Shown here one piece after another: positions 49,182 to 58,860 of a stretch of 64,000 bases of DNA. The position numbers and the translations under genes are program-made. Source of the stretch: Gammaproteobacteria bacterium (GTDB lineage: Bacteria; Pseudomonadota; Gammaproteobacteria; Ga0077536); the NCBI GenBank assembly GCA_963662545.2, contig CAXXLL010000003.1, positions 192,001 through 256,000 of the forward strand. Direction: 5' to 3'. The notes under the pieces are model-generated. The model saw only the letters and a list, made by a program, of their open reading frames with translations, did no database searches and was not told the DNA's origin. Positions within the stretch are counted from its first letter, which is position 1. Every line of letters begins with the position of its first letter.

Positions 49182-49595
49182 ATGAAGCAAATAATTGCTT
49201 GTGTGATGATTCTGGGCGCGGTCGGTCCCACTTGCGTATCCGCCCGGGCGCTCGATGTCTACATGATTCAGGAAATGCGTATCTGTCGTGTAATCGTCGA
49301 AGCCAGGCCACTTCGGGCCAGCGACTCTGATAGCGATCACCTCGCCCGGTTGCGTTTGGACGTCGTCGACGCCGTGCGCTCAATGCCTCCCGCGGCCTGT
49401 CTACCTGGTACGCGCAGGCTGGCCCACGTGGTCTTGCCGCTCGCCTGGCGTGACAACGGCCTACCTCACTGGCACCGCGTCCGCATTCTCGCGACCTTCA
49501 AGGTACAGCCTGAAACTTGGGCGGCCCTGCTGGAAGTCGCGGCCCAACCGCGGCCGCTGGCGGACGCCCTGCCATGGGCTGACGATCGGTACTGA
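49182..49595 (+). CDS. Hypothetical exported protein
   Basis: 137 aa; signal-like MKQIIACVMILGAVGPTCVSARA; TGATG coupling to next gene. Confidence 0.6.
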   Translation: MKQIIACVMILGAVGPTCVSARALDVYMIQEMRICRVIVEARPLRASDSDSDHLARLRLDVVDAVRSMPPAACLPGTRRLAHVVLPLAWRDNGLPHWHRVRILATFKVQPETWAALLEVAAQPRPLADALPWADDRY

Positions 49596-51055
49596 TGGCG
49601 AAGGACGGGCTTTCCAGGTACCTGCTGGAACTGTTACGTCGACGCGCGGACGAAGATGATTATGCGATTCGGGATCTTGAACGCCAATACAGCGCGACGG
49701 AACTCTTACGCGCGGCCGAGTCGAGCGCAGCTGCGCTTGCGGAATGCGGCCTCGGCCCCGGAGACACGGTCGCCGTAGCTAGCCACAGGGGCCTGGATTT
49801 CGTTGCCGATGCATTGGGTGTCTGGCATTGCGGTGGCGTGCTGGTGCCGTTCGACACGCACTGGAGTGCGCGCCATCAGGAAACAGTGCGGCGCAAATCC
49901 GCCGCAAGCTTTTCAATCGGGTTCGAACTCGACGATGCGGTCCGCGTCCACCCTGGTGACGGTGCAACGAAACCCGTCGTTGATTCCAACGAGTCGGCAA
50001 ACTCCCGCTCCGTCATTCTTTTCACGAGTGGCTCGACCGGAGAGCCGAAGGGCGTGGCCTTAAGCGGTACAGCACTGCTTGGTAACGCACAGGCGGCGGT
50101 GCAACGACTCGGGTACCGCGCAGGCGCGCGTTTCGCGATCGCCACACCGTTCCATTTTACCAGCGCCCTGTGCCATGCGCTCGCCTGCCTGTTAACCGGT
50201 GCGCCTCTAAGCTTGCGCGAGGACGGTCCGGCGCCGGCCGACTTCATCGAATGGCTGGTTGTGGAAGGGGCCGACGGTTTCGGTGGTGCACCTATACAGC
50301 TTGGCTGGCTGGCAGACGGCGGATTGGAGAAGCTTACGGCGATGCGCTGGTTGATGTCGTCCGGGGACCGTCTTCCGGAGAAAACGATCCGCGATCTTCT
50401 GGCGATTCGTCCGGCTGTCGACGTCCATACCGTCTACGGGCTTACCGAATTGGGCGGGCGTTTTTGTACGCTCCCTCCGCACGAATTACCCGAGCATGCG
50501 GGCACCGTCGGACGCCCCATTGAAGGTCTGAGCCTGCGCCTACGCGACGAGCACGGGGTCGAAATGGGGCCCGGAGAGACGGGTGAGGTGTACGCATCCG
50601 GGCGTTACATGATGGAGGAATATGTCGGCGAGCCGGAGGCCACCCGCGCCGCCCTCTCTGCAGGCGAACTGCGCACCGGGGATTTGGGCGAACTCGACGA
50701 TGCCGGACGGCTACGATTACACGGTCGCAGCGATGAGGTCATCAAGGTCGCAGGACAAAAGGTCAGCCTGGTTTCCGTCGAGGATGCGATACGCGAACTC
50801 GGCCTATTCCGGGATTTTTCCGTTCTCCCGTACGCGCATCCCGTGCTCGGGACAACCCCGGCTTTGTTCTACGTCGGACGCGAGGGCGAGGCTTTGCAAA
50901 AGGGCGCGTTGCTCCGTCAGCTTCGCAAGCGCCTGCCCGGTACTCACTTGCCACGAACTCTGATCTCCGTCGACGAAATCCCGCGAACCGGTTCAGGCAA
51001 GGTAGACCGCGCCGCGCTCGTGCAATTCGCGCCACCGGTTTCCGAAAGAAGCTGA
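49595..51055 (+). CDS. Class I adenylate-forming enzyme (acyl-ACP/CoA ligase) in the DltA position
   Basis: FTSGSTGEPKG, YGLTE, RTGDLG, GRSDEVIK, PRTGSGKVDR. Confidence 0.88.
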   Translation: MAKDGLSRYLLELLRRRADEDDYAIRDLERQYSATELLRAAESSAAALAECGLGPGDTVAVASHRGLDFVADALGVWHCGGVLVPFDTHWSARHQETVRRKSAASFSIGFELDDAVRVHPGDGATKPVVDSNESANSRSVILFTSGSTGEPKGVALSGTALLGNAQAAVQRLGYRAGARFAIATPFHFTSALCHALACLLTGAPLSLREDGPAPADFIEWLVVEGADGFGGAPIQLGWLADGGLEKLTAMRWLMSSGDRLPEKTIRDLLAIRPAVDVHTVYGLTELGGRFCTLPPHELPEHAGTVGRPIEGLSLRLRDEHGVEMGPGETGEVYASGRYMMEEYVGEPEATRAALSAGELRTGDLGELDDAGRLRLHGRSDEVIKVAGQKVSLVSVEDAIRELGLFRDFSVLPYAHPVLGTTPALFYVGREGEALQKGALLRQLRKRLPGTHLPRTLISVDEIPRTGSGKVDRAALVQFAPPVSERS

Positions 51056-51357
51056 GACCATCGCCTACCAAACTAACCCGACGGTTGCCACTCGTCCGGT
51101 GAACTCGCGGGATATGTATGCAGGCAAGTGGTGTTAAACCACCATAACCCAGCTGATCAATGCAATTTCGGCTCCGGAGATTTGGTCTCGCCATTTTTAT
51201 AATAGCGGCCTCAATTCGCACCCACCTCCCCGCCATTCTTTTTGGAAGAAACTACCGGCATGTCACCGTGAATGAGCGATCGCCTGGCGCGAAGACGCCA
51301 TTCGCACTTCTATCGGCGCGACGCCGCTGGTCGATACCGACATCGACCGGAGCTATA

Positions 51358-52365
51358 TCATGATGATCTGACCCGCGTCCGCATCCAAAACGCGGTGGGT
51401 TCGGAGTTCGGATAGTTTTTCCGCATCGCGTCGATTTCTGGGAAAACGGCCAGCATCTTCTCCGCGTGATTGAGCATCACGTGATTGCCGGGCCAGATCA
51501 CCTCGAAGCGATCATTAAATGCAAGAAACGCCTGCAACAGGTACTGCTCGTTCCAGTACCATCCTTCCTCGTAGTAATAGCGCGGATAACGTTTTGGCAG
51601 ACTGATGTCGTGAACGTGCACAAGCACACCGTCACCAAGTCTTGGTAGGAGCTCGAGGTATTCGAACTGAACGTCGTTGCCTTCGCGCAGGACATGGGTC
51701 GAATCGATGAACAACATATCATTAGCTTTGAGTTCGTTAAACAGCGCCAGGTCCACGTCCTGAACTTTGGCCTGGACCAGGTCGAGCCCCGGGATGGCGC
51801 GAAGATATCCCGCCGGGTTCGGCTCGATCGACGTGATTTTACAGGGGTGGTGTTCACGGCCGTTTTCGGCAGTCGCGTCGGCCGCTAATAGGGCCGACAT
51901 CCCCGAACCGATCTCGATGATCCGTGCCGGCTTCAATTCTCGGATCAATGCATAATAGACATGGGCGTCAACGGCCATGTAGACGCGATTCAATAGATAA
52001 AAGCCGGCGAAAGCTTCGTCCGGTATATCGAGGGGATAGCGATTTCTGAATTCTTCCCGCCAGCGCGGGACGACTTCGTCCAGGATCTTCGAATAGGCCT
52101 CCTCGTCGATAGCGATACCCGGCAATTCGCTCTGTTCATCCCAGAATCCCGGCCCGAAATCGCTCGTATCGGGGACCGGTGAATAGTAGTGGCGAACGAC
52201 GAGGTCCATGCCACTTTCGACCGCGATGCGCTCCATCTCGGGTTTCATGTTCATGCGACGGATGGCCCAAAATGCATAGCGAATGATCGGCATGGACAGC
52301 TGCCGAAGAACGAACGACGCCAGTCTGCGAAAACCGTAGTAATAGCGTAGGAACGTCGGATTCAC
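51358..52365 (-). CDS. Class I SAM-dependent methyltransferase (Methyltransf_24-like)
   Basis: HYYSPVPD, KPARIIEIGSG, LFIDSTHV, GVLVHVHDI, WNEQYLLQAFL. Confidence 0.85.
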   Translation of the reverse strand: MNPTFLRYYYGFRRLASFVLRQLSMPIIRYAFWAIRRMNMKPEMERIAVESGMDLVVRHYYSPVPDTSDFGPGFWDEQSELPGIAIDEEAYSKILDEVVPRWREEFRNRYPLDIPDEAFAGFYLLNRVYMAVDAHVYYALIRELKPARIIEIGSGMSALLAADATAENGREHHPCKITSIEPNPAGYLRAIPGLDLVQAKVQDVDLALFNELKANDMLFIDSTHVLREGNDVQFEYLELLPRLGDGVLVHVHDISLPKRYPRYYYEEGWYWNEQYLLQAFLAFNDRFEVIWPGNHVMLNHAEKMLAVFPEIDAMRKNYPNSEPTAFWMRTRVRSS

Positions 52366-52500
52366 GGTCTCTTCCCGGCTGGCTGCAAGCGCCCAGGCAT
52401 TATAGAGTTAAAGTAAGAATTCCGGTTATCAATCGAAAAGCGGCGATCGGGTAGACCACGCGGACTGCTCCCCTTCATTGGACCGCGGGCGCGGTCTATT

Positions 52501-53184
52501 ATGACGAACGTGAATTTTTTCAGAAAAATATCAGAACTGCTGGCGTCTATCCCGTCGGTTAAAACCGTTTACTTTAATTATCTCTACTTTCCGTTCGAAC
52601 TCGCGCTCAAGCTGCCGGTCGAGGTATCGAACAAAGTGAAATTGGTTCGAATGGAGGGCGAAATCAGAATCAACGGTCCGATACACCGGGGGATGATATC
52701 GATCGGTTATGGCAACGTCCCGATCTTCGACAAGGCACGGGCTCGTACTGTTTGGAACGTCATGGGCACGATCGTTTTTAACGGCCCCGCTCAGATTGGG
52801 CATGGATCGAAGATCTCCGTCGATCCTAAAGGAACGCTGACTGTTGGCAAGAATCTAATAATCACAGCCGAAACCACGATCGTCTGCGGGAAAGAAATTA
52901 CGCTCGGCGATGGCGTCCTGATGGCATGGAATATTCAGATCATGGACACTGATTACCACCATATTCACAAGGACGGAGAACTCATCAATCCTGACGCGAC
53001 CATCACCATCGGTAATCACGTCTGGATCAACAGCCGCGCTACTTTATTGAAAGGAACCGTGATCCCCGACGGCTGTGTAATCGCCGCCGCCGCGCTACTC
53101 AACAAAGCTTATACAGAGCCGGAATGCGTCATCGGCGGCGTCCCTGCGCGCGTGCTTACGTCGGGGATAAGCTGGTCGCATTAA
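52501..53184 (+). CDS. Hexapeptide-repeat (LbH) O-acyltransferase
   Basis: IMDTDYH, ITIGNHVWI, LKGTVIPDGCVIAA, GGVPARV. Confidence 0.88.
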   Translation: MTNVNFFRKISELLASIPSVKTVYFNYLYFPFELALKLPVEVSNKVKLVRMEGEIRINGPIHRGMISIGYGNVPIFDKARARTVWNVMGTIVFNGPAQIGHGSKISVDPKGTLTVGKNLIITAETTIVCGKEITLGDGVLMAWNIQIMDTDYHHIHKDGELINPDATITIGNHVWINSRATLLKGTVIPDGCVIAAAALLNKAYTEPECVIGGVPARVLTSGISWSH

Positions 53185-53197
53185 TTGGCCCCGGCCG

Positions 53198-53968
53198 ATG
53201 GACGAGCTCCCTTCCAATCAGCAAATCGTCCCCTTGAACGAGCAGATCCTGCGGGATCACGGCATTCACCTGGCCCACGATGATTTCATCCTCGATTTCG
53301 GCTGTGGATCGGGCCGACATGTATACGAGCATATCGATCACGGCTTCAATAACGTCTTCGGTTATGACGTCCAGAAATACCTCGATCTTCGGAATCCAGC
53401 CGACGAATTTCGCTTCAAATTTGATGAGGCCGATCGCATCACGCATATTCCTTTCCCGGACGATCATTTCGATTTCATATATTCATATTCGGTTTTCGAG
53501 CACGTGCTCGATCAGGAGAAGGCCTTCCGGGAGATCAAGAGAGTCCTTAAACCAGGCGGCGTGAGCCTGCATAATTTCCCGGCCAAATGGCGTCCACTCG
53601 AACCACATCTTTTCGTTCCATTCGGCGGCGCGTTCCGTTCGTACAACTATTACCGGTTTTGGATATCGCTGGGCATCGGAACCAGGCTTGGAGGTGGTTG
53701 TTCGCGCCACGAGTTGACTGAACGATACGCGGAATTCGGCAAAACAGGCCTGTGTTATCCCGAAGGATACGAAATCGACGAGATGCTGGACCGGTGTTTC
53801 GATCGCTACTCTTACGTGACCACGTCGTTCGTACGCTGGTCACCCGGGCGCTCTCGCTATCTCTACCCGCTCATAAAAACGATGCCACCGGTCGAACGCA
53901 TATTCCGATTCCTCCATACGCGCGTGGTCTTGCTGGAAAAAGCACCACTACGCAACGTCCGCAATTGA
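53198..53968 (+). CDS. Class I SAM-dependent methyltransferase
   Basis: ILDFGCGSG, IPFPDDHFDFI, VFEHV, RVLKPGG. Confidence 0.88.
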   Translation: MDELPSNQQIVPLNEQILRDHGIHLAHDDFILDFGCGSGRHVYEHIDHGFNNVFGYDVQKYLDLRNPADEFRFKFDEADRITHIPFPDDHFDFIYSYSVFEHVLDQEKAFREIKRVLKPGGVSLHNFPAKWRPLEPHLFVPFGGAFRSYNYYRFWISLGIGTRLGGGCSRHELTERYAEFGKTGLCYPEGYEIDEMLDRCFDRYSYVTTSFVRWSPGRSRYLYPLIKTMPPVERIFRFLHTRVVLLEKAPLRNVRN

Positions 53969-53986
53969 TGCGGTGAGTCTTGTTCA

Positions 53987-54685
53987 TTGAACGTTTCTGA
54001 CTATAGATACACCTGGGATCGCGCACGGCATGCCTTGTATCGCTACCGCTTGCGCAACGAAATTGAAAGTATTTACGCCGACCTTATCGCGGGGTTGGAC
54101 GAAGCCGCTTTTACTGCGGCACTCCGGCCATTCTGGAACCCTTTTGCCGGGGCGGGCGCGGCAAAATACCTAGCCGTCGAAGTGTGGTTGCGGGAAGCGG
54201 TATTTCGCTATCTGTTATGCACGGCCGGGCTGAAGCAGACTGGCCCGGTTGTCGATCTGGGTAGCGGCACTGGTTACTTTTTATGGGTTTGCCGTGAACA
54301 CGGACACAAGATCCTTGGCATCGATATCGAAGGAGAACCGCTATATGACGCCTGCTGCAGCTTCCTCGGTATCCCGCGTGTCGAGTATCGTATTGAACCA
54401 CATAAAGCGTTAAGCGATACCGGACACGAACTCTGTATGGTCACGGCATTCATGACATGTTTTGATCGCTTTGAAGACGGCCGCCCTTGGGATGTCGATG
54501 CCTGGCGTTTTTTCCTCGCAGACGTTCGGACGCGATTGAAGTCAGACGGTCGGCTCGTGATCAAGTTCAACGCTCAGGCGGATACCGGTGATCTTTATTC
54601 CCCGGACGTGCATCGTGTGTTCGGATCCACGAACGATTACCGCTTTCGGCCGTTTCTAGACTACGCGATACTCACCGCGCGCTAG
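53987..54685 (+). CDS. Class I SAM-dependent methyltransferase
   Basis: VVDLGSGTGYF, LGIDI, LKSDGRL. Confidence 0.78.
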   Translation: MNVSDYRYTWDRARHALYRYRLRNEIESIYADLIAGLDEAAFTAALRPFWNPFAGAGAAKYLAVEVWLREAVFRYLLCTAGLKQTGPVVDLGSGTGYFLWVCREHGHKILGIDIEGEPLYDACCSFLGIPRVEYRIEPHKALSDTGHELCMVTAFMTCFDRFEDGRPWDVDAWRFFLADVRTRLKSDGRLVIKFNAQADTGDLYSPDVHRVFGSTNDYRFRPFLDYAILTAR

Positions 54686-54809
54686 TTTCTACGACAACGC
54701 TCTGCACTTCACCGCAGTGCCACGAGCAATGCTCTGGCGGCGCATTTTTTCTTTCGCATGCCTTCGACGACATCGAGATCCGGTCGCCCGGACAGCCGCT
54801 TCAGCTCCG

Positions 54810-55670
54810 TTAAGTCCGATGTTTCCGCTTTAAGCGTTGCACACTCGCACGATAGTAGTTCAGGAAGACCGTTTCCCATTTCACGTATCCTCCATATATT
54901 TTGTTCCAACGTCGAAAGTTCGCCAGATCCGCCTCATAGTCGTTGCCGTATGCGGCGATTGACGCGGCGAAGAGAGCCTGCGCGAATTGATGGAGTTCCA
55001 GATCTAACGCCTGAGTTTGATTGATCGCAGCGACGACTGCCGCGGTCAGATCCGCTCGATGGGCACTCTGCTTGGTGACATTGAAATTTTCGTAGAATGC
55101 GGTCCGCCATCCGAAGTGCTTTTTCCATAGAAGCATAGCGCCGTCAACCTCTTCACTCAGCCCAACAATCGCAAAGCCATTTTCCAGTGTGTGCTTTGCT
55201 TTCTCCAGATCCTCCGCGCCTAATTCGCCGAACGGTTTTTCGTTAACTGCGCCACGATCGCCGCTGAACAGCCTGGTCTGAAAGTTGTCAATTTCTACAG
55301 TCATGCCACTGAGCAGAAATTGTTCGAAACTCGTATTTTCATCAGCCAGGCGACTATACAGATAGTGTCCAGGCGTGGTCCGCGCATATCGGTAGTAAGA
55401 GCGCATTCTGTCGGCGGGATTCCTGAGAAGTGTGACGTATCGGCTCTCACCGGAAATTGCTTCATGAATCCCATAACCGAAATGCCCCGAAATCGCTCGG
55501 GCGCCGAACGTTGCTGCATCGAACTCCTGCAGTTCCTTCAAGCTTGTCTCGGCTCTGCTCCAGGCATATCGAAGGAATAGCGGTTCATACTTACGTCGCA
55601 GCATTCTAGCGACCGTGCTGCCCGCGGCTTTGGGCACATGCAGGAAAATTATGGTTTTGTTTTCAGGCAT
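54810..55670 (-). CDS. Sulfotransferase (family 2)
   Basis: FLHVPKAAGST, SGHFGYG, TLLRNPADRMRSYYRY, VGLSE. Confidence 0.85.
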   Translation of the reverse strand: MPENKTIIFLHVPKAAGSTVARMLRRKYEPLFLRYAWSRAETSLKELQEFDAATFGARAISGHFGYGIHEAISGESRYVTLLRNPADRMRSYYRYARTTPGHYLYSRLADENTSFEQFLLSGMTVEIDNFQTRLFSGDRGAVNEKPFGELGAEDLEKAKHTLENGFAIVGLSEEVDGAMLLWKKHFGWRTAFYENFNVTKQSAHRADLTAAVVAAINQTQALDLELHQFAQALFAASIAAYGNDYEADLANFRRWNKIYGGYVKWETVFLNYYRASVQRLKRKHRT

Positions 55671-55676
55671 CTACTT

Positions 55677-57150
55677 TTAATTCGCCACCGCCACGCGCGG
55701 CGCGATTCGTTTAACGGTCTCGATGTCGCCGCTGAAGATAAGGACCGGCCAGTCGCCCCCCCCATACATCTTTAAGTGCCTTTCATTGGATACGCCTCCT
55801 AGAGAATAATTCGAGGACGGGATCAGAGAGCGATAGACCTCCGCGGTTACCGCCGCGATCTTCGGCCAGGTGAAACGTTTGCGCGCTTGCGCGGCATTGC
55901 CGATATGGGCGATCTTCTCGTGCGAATTGAGAAACTCGATGATGGTTCTGGAAAGCGCATTGGCTTCGACGGCTTTGAGAATGATGACGTCACGACCGCT
56001 GATCAGTACGCCCGGTCCGAAGGTGTCGATATTCGATATGCTCAGCACGGGATTCCCCGTGAGCATCGCTTCCCTGCCGGCGATGCCTAGCGAATTCTTG
56101 CCGCCGTCCGCCTGACCGAACCACATGGCCTCGAGTTCCGCCAACGCATGGAAGACCGGGACGTGCATGTGTGGCGGTACGCCGGCAAAGATCATCGTGC
56201 CCTCGAGTCCGAGCTGTCTTACCAGATTGACAGGCCGCTGGTCGCAGACGGCGCCGACGACGACCACTACAACCTCCGGGGAGCGAACACATACCGCCGG
56301 CATGGCACGGATCAGATCCGGACGAGACGGTTGCGCAGCGTATGGACGTGACCTAGCGAGAGAATGACGCGGCGCGCGGCGAGGCCGAATTGTTCCACGA
56401 TCCGGCGCTCGACGCCGGCACCGGAGCGATCCGGAAGGCTGCTGCCGTAAGGTACGAAGTGCCCGTCGTCGCGACCGAAGGCTTCGGCGAGATACGCTTG
56501 TATATTCACGCCCGGGTAGATCACGGCGTCCGCGTGCCGTACTGCGGCGTGCCGCAGAAAGCCGCGATCAGCCGAATACAACAGCAGATTGAAAGCGCGA
56601 ATACTGTGCTTGATGACCGTGTGCAGGGTCAAGGCCACGGTCAGACCGAGCGAACGCTTCAATGACATCCCGGCAAACGCCATGTCGAACATATGATTGT
56701 GAAGGTGCAAAAGATCGATGTCATGACGCTTGATGATGGCTTCCATACGACGCAGCTTGGCCGGCCAGAACGTCCAGTTCAGCCACGGGAAATTCATTGC
56801 AATCGACATTCTGGGCAAGCGTGGCACATGCACGCCGTAGATCTCGAAACCGTCCAAGACCTCGTAATCGGGGATCGATGGATCGACCTGCGCCATGATC
56901 ACCACCACATGATGTCCGAGCGATGCCAGCTCGCGCGAAAATCCGAGGATCTGGGTCGCCGAACCGGTCGTAATGCGGTGAACCAGATTGGTGAGCAAGG
57001 CGATCCGGTGCGGCTGGCCCGCCCTTGTCGGCCTGTTCGTTCCCGGCTGCATAAGCGCCGCTGGATCCGGCGCATCGAGCGTATCGGTGGACGTCGCCTG
57101 CGATGCGGGCTTGCGGACCAGGGTCATGATGAGTTCATAACTGGACATGC
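55677..57150 (-). pseudogene. Frameshifted glycosyltransferase family 4
   Basis: N-half (LGHHVVV, HLHNH, LTLHT, SLGHVH) stops at 56312; C-half (GIAGREAMLTG, RFTWPKIA) continues in another frame from ~56315. Confidence 0.72.
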
Positions 57151-57170
57151 CGGCACTGAATTCTACAGAA

Positions 57171-57668
57171 TCAGGTGAGGCGTTGTACCGCATCGCTACG
57201 CGCCACGAGCGCAACATGCCGACCCGCGACTTTCAGCAGCAGCGCGACGCGGTCGCGCCCTCTCAGCTCGGCCACGACGGCCTCATAGCCGGCGAGCGCC
57301 CCCTCGATGATCTCCACGCTGTCGCCGGGGACCAGCGCTTTCTGCATCACCTCGCAGACATCTTCAGCGCTGGCATGCGCCTTCAGTTCATCGATCCATG
57401 CATCCGGTACGCGCGCATACGCCGCGCCGAATCTAATCAGGCGCAACACGCCGACGGTCGATCGGATCGGCCCGAAATTGTCCACGTCCGGACTCAGCTG
57501 GACGAATAAGTACCCCGGAAACAGCGGTTCGATGCGCTCGCTGCGCGGGCGGCGCACTCGCAGCCGCGGCAGCCAGGTGAGGTAGCCCTGGCGCTCTAGG
57601 TTCTCGCGCGCGACGGCTTCACGGCGTGCTTTGGTCTGCAGTAGATACCACTCGCGGGACACGCTCAC
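57171..57668 (-). CDS. rfaH: Transcription antiterminator RfaH (NusG paralog)
   Basis: WYLLQTK, ENLERQG, EPLFPGYLFV, PIRSTVGV, FG, KOW-like PGDSVEIIEGALAG. Confidence 0.9.
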   Translation of the reverse strand: MSVSREWYLLQTKARREAVARENLERQGYLTWLPRLRVRRPRSERIEPLFPGYLFVQLSPDVDNFGPIRSTVGVLRLIRFGAAYARVPDAWIDELKAHASAEDVCEVMQKALVPGDSVEIIEGALAGYEAVVAELRGRDRVALLLKVAGRHVALVARSDAVQRLT

Positions 57669-58708
57669 GGCCGGTCTCCCGCGGGTATTGAGAACGAAAA
57701 ATCACGCGCAAACTCGGACAGTGGAGCCGCTCGCTCCAGCACCCGTGCGATGTCGCGTTCCAGCGAAACGGCAACCTCATTCGTAAAATGCAGCGGATCC
57801 CAATAGTTGGTGTCCGCACGCGTCAGTGGAGATATGTGCATAAAATCCAGTACCGCCACATTATCGAAATTCGGCAACAGCGCTGCAAGCCGGCCCTTGC
57901 ACTCCCTCAGATTAGCGACCCTGCCGGCGACATAATGACTGTGCAGCGGTGGAAACAACAGAATGATTCGCGTCGGTGCCGGCGTTTCGTTCAAGACATC
58001 GCGCAAGACATCGAGCAGTGGGTAATCCCACCCGGGTTGTGTCAAGGTGGGCGCGATCTGTACGTCAGCGACCGGGAGCTGCGCGGTCCCGTAAAGACGC
58101 TCCCTGACCACCGCGAGGTCGTAGGATCCGAAATCAGCCGTGAAATCGCGGTACCCGTCGAGACGATATTTTGGCTCGCGCCTGCCTGTCAAAAGCTCCA
58201 ACATCCGCACCGCGTTCTCCAGCGCCTTGTCGTTGAACAGGTACAGCAGGTCGTTCCAGCGATTCTCGTCGTACATCCATTCGGGAAACGCGCGGAACGT
58301 GTATTGCTTAATCGTGTCGGCACGGTTACACCAAGTCTCGTCGATGCCGAATACGAGGTAGCGCGCGTCGGGATGGTGGCGCACAAATACCTCGTGTATC
58401 CGCGTCTGTTCGTAGGCGGTGGCTGAATTCATCGCGAGATTGACAAACCGGGCGTCGAGCAATTGGCCGAGCCGCGCGGGATCGAGCAGGCGCACGGTTG
58501 AGGTCCCGATGATGGCCCCGTCGAAGTCCGGATCGCGTGCCAGCGCCGGGTAGGCAAAGCGTTGATTCGTGCTGACCGGTGCGCGGTTCAACGCAGGCGA
58601 AAACAGCACGTTCTGGTACGGATCGAGAATCAGGATGAAGGCGTATAGACAGACGCCGATCAGCAGGGTGGCGAACAAAACGAAGCGGGTGAACCGCGGC
58701 CAGGCCAT
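57665..58708 (-). CDS. SGNH-like periplasmic protein partnering the AlgI-like MBOAT
   Basis: N-terminal TM then DPY, IIGTST, VNLAMN, NYWDPLHF (DxxH). Confidence 0.7.
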   Translation of the reverse strand: MAWPRFTRFVLFATLLIGVCLYAFILILDPYQNVLFSPALNRAPVSTNQRFAYPALARDPDFDGAIIGTSTVRLLDPARLGQLLDARFVNLAMNSATAYEQTRIHEVFVRHHPDARYLVFGIDETWCNRADTIKQYTFRAFPEWMYDENRWNDLLYLFNDKALENAVRMLELLTGRREPKYRLDGYRDFTADFGSYDLAVVRERLYGTAQLPVADVQIAPTLTQPGWDYPLLDVLRDVLNETPAPTRIILLFPPLHSHYVAGRVANLRECKGRLAALLPNFDNVAVLDFMHISPLTRADTNYWDPLHFTNEVAVSLERDIARVLERAAPLSEFARDFSFSIPAGDRP

Positions 58709-58765
58709 CGTCTAATTGAATGTCCCGCATGACAGGACGCTTTGTAGTTTAAAACGGAAAGTTTT

Positions 58766-58860
58766 ATTCGCCCGCAAGCGGGTTCCTACCCGGGCAATGC
58801 TGTAGGAGCCCGCGTGCGGGCGAATCGAGAGCGGTCTCGTAATTTGAAACACCTGCTTAG
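58766..58860. repeat. GTAG-type REP doublet (REPIN-like) with conserved flank
   Basis: attcgcccgcaagcgggttcctac (58766-58789) inverted to gtaggagcccgcgtgcgggcgaat (58802-58825), then ...aaacacctgcttag. Confidence 0.75.

Noticed and set aside
47197-51055. NRPS/PKS secondary-metabolite cluster
   Set aside because: No condensation, ketosynthase or thioesterase domains; ACP and ligase are better explained by the MBOAT-SGNH context
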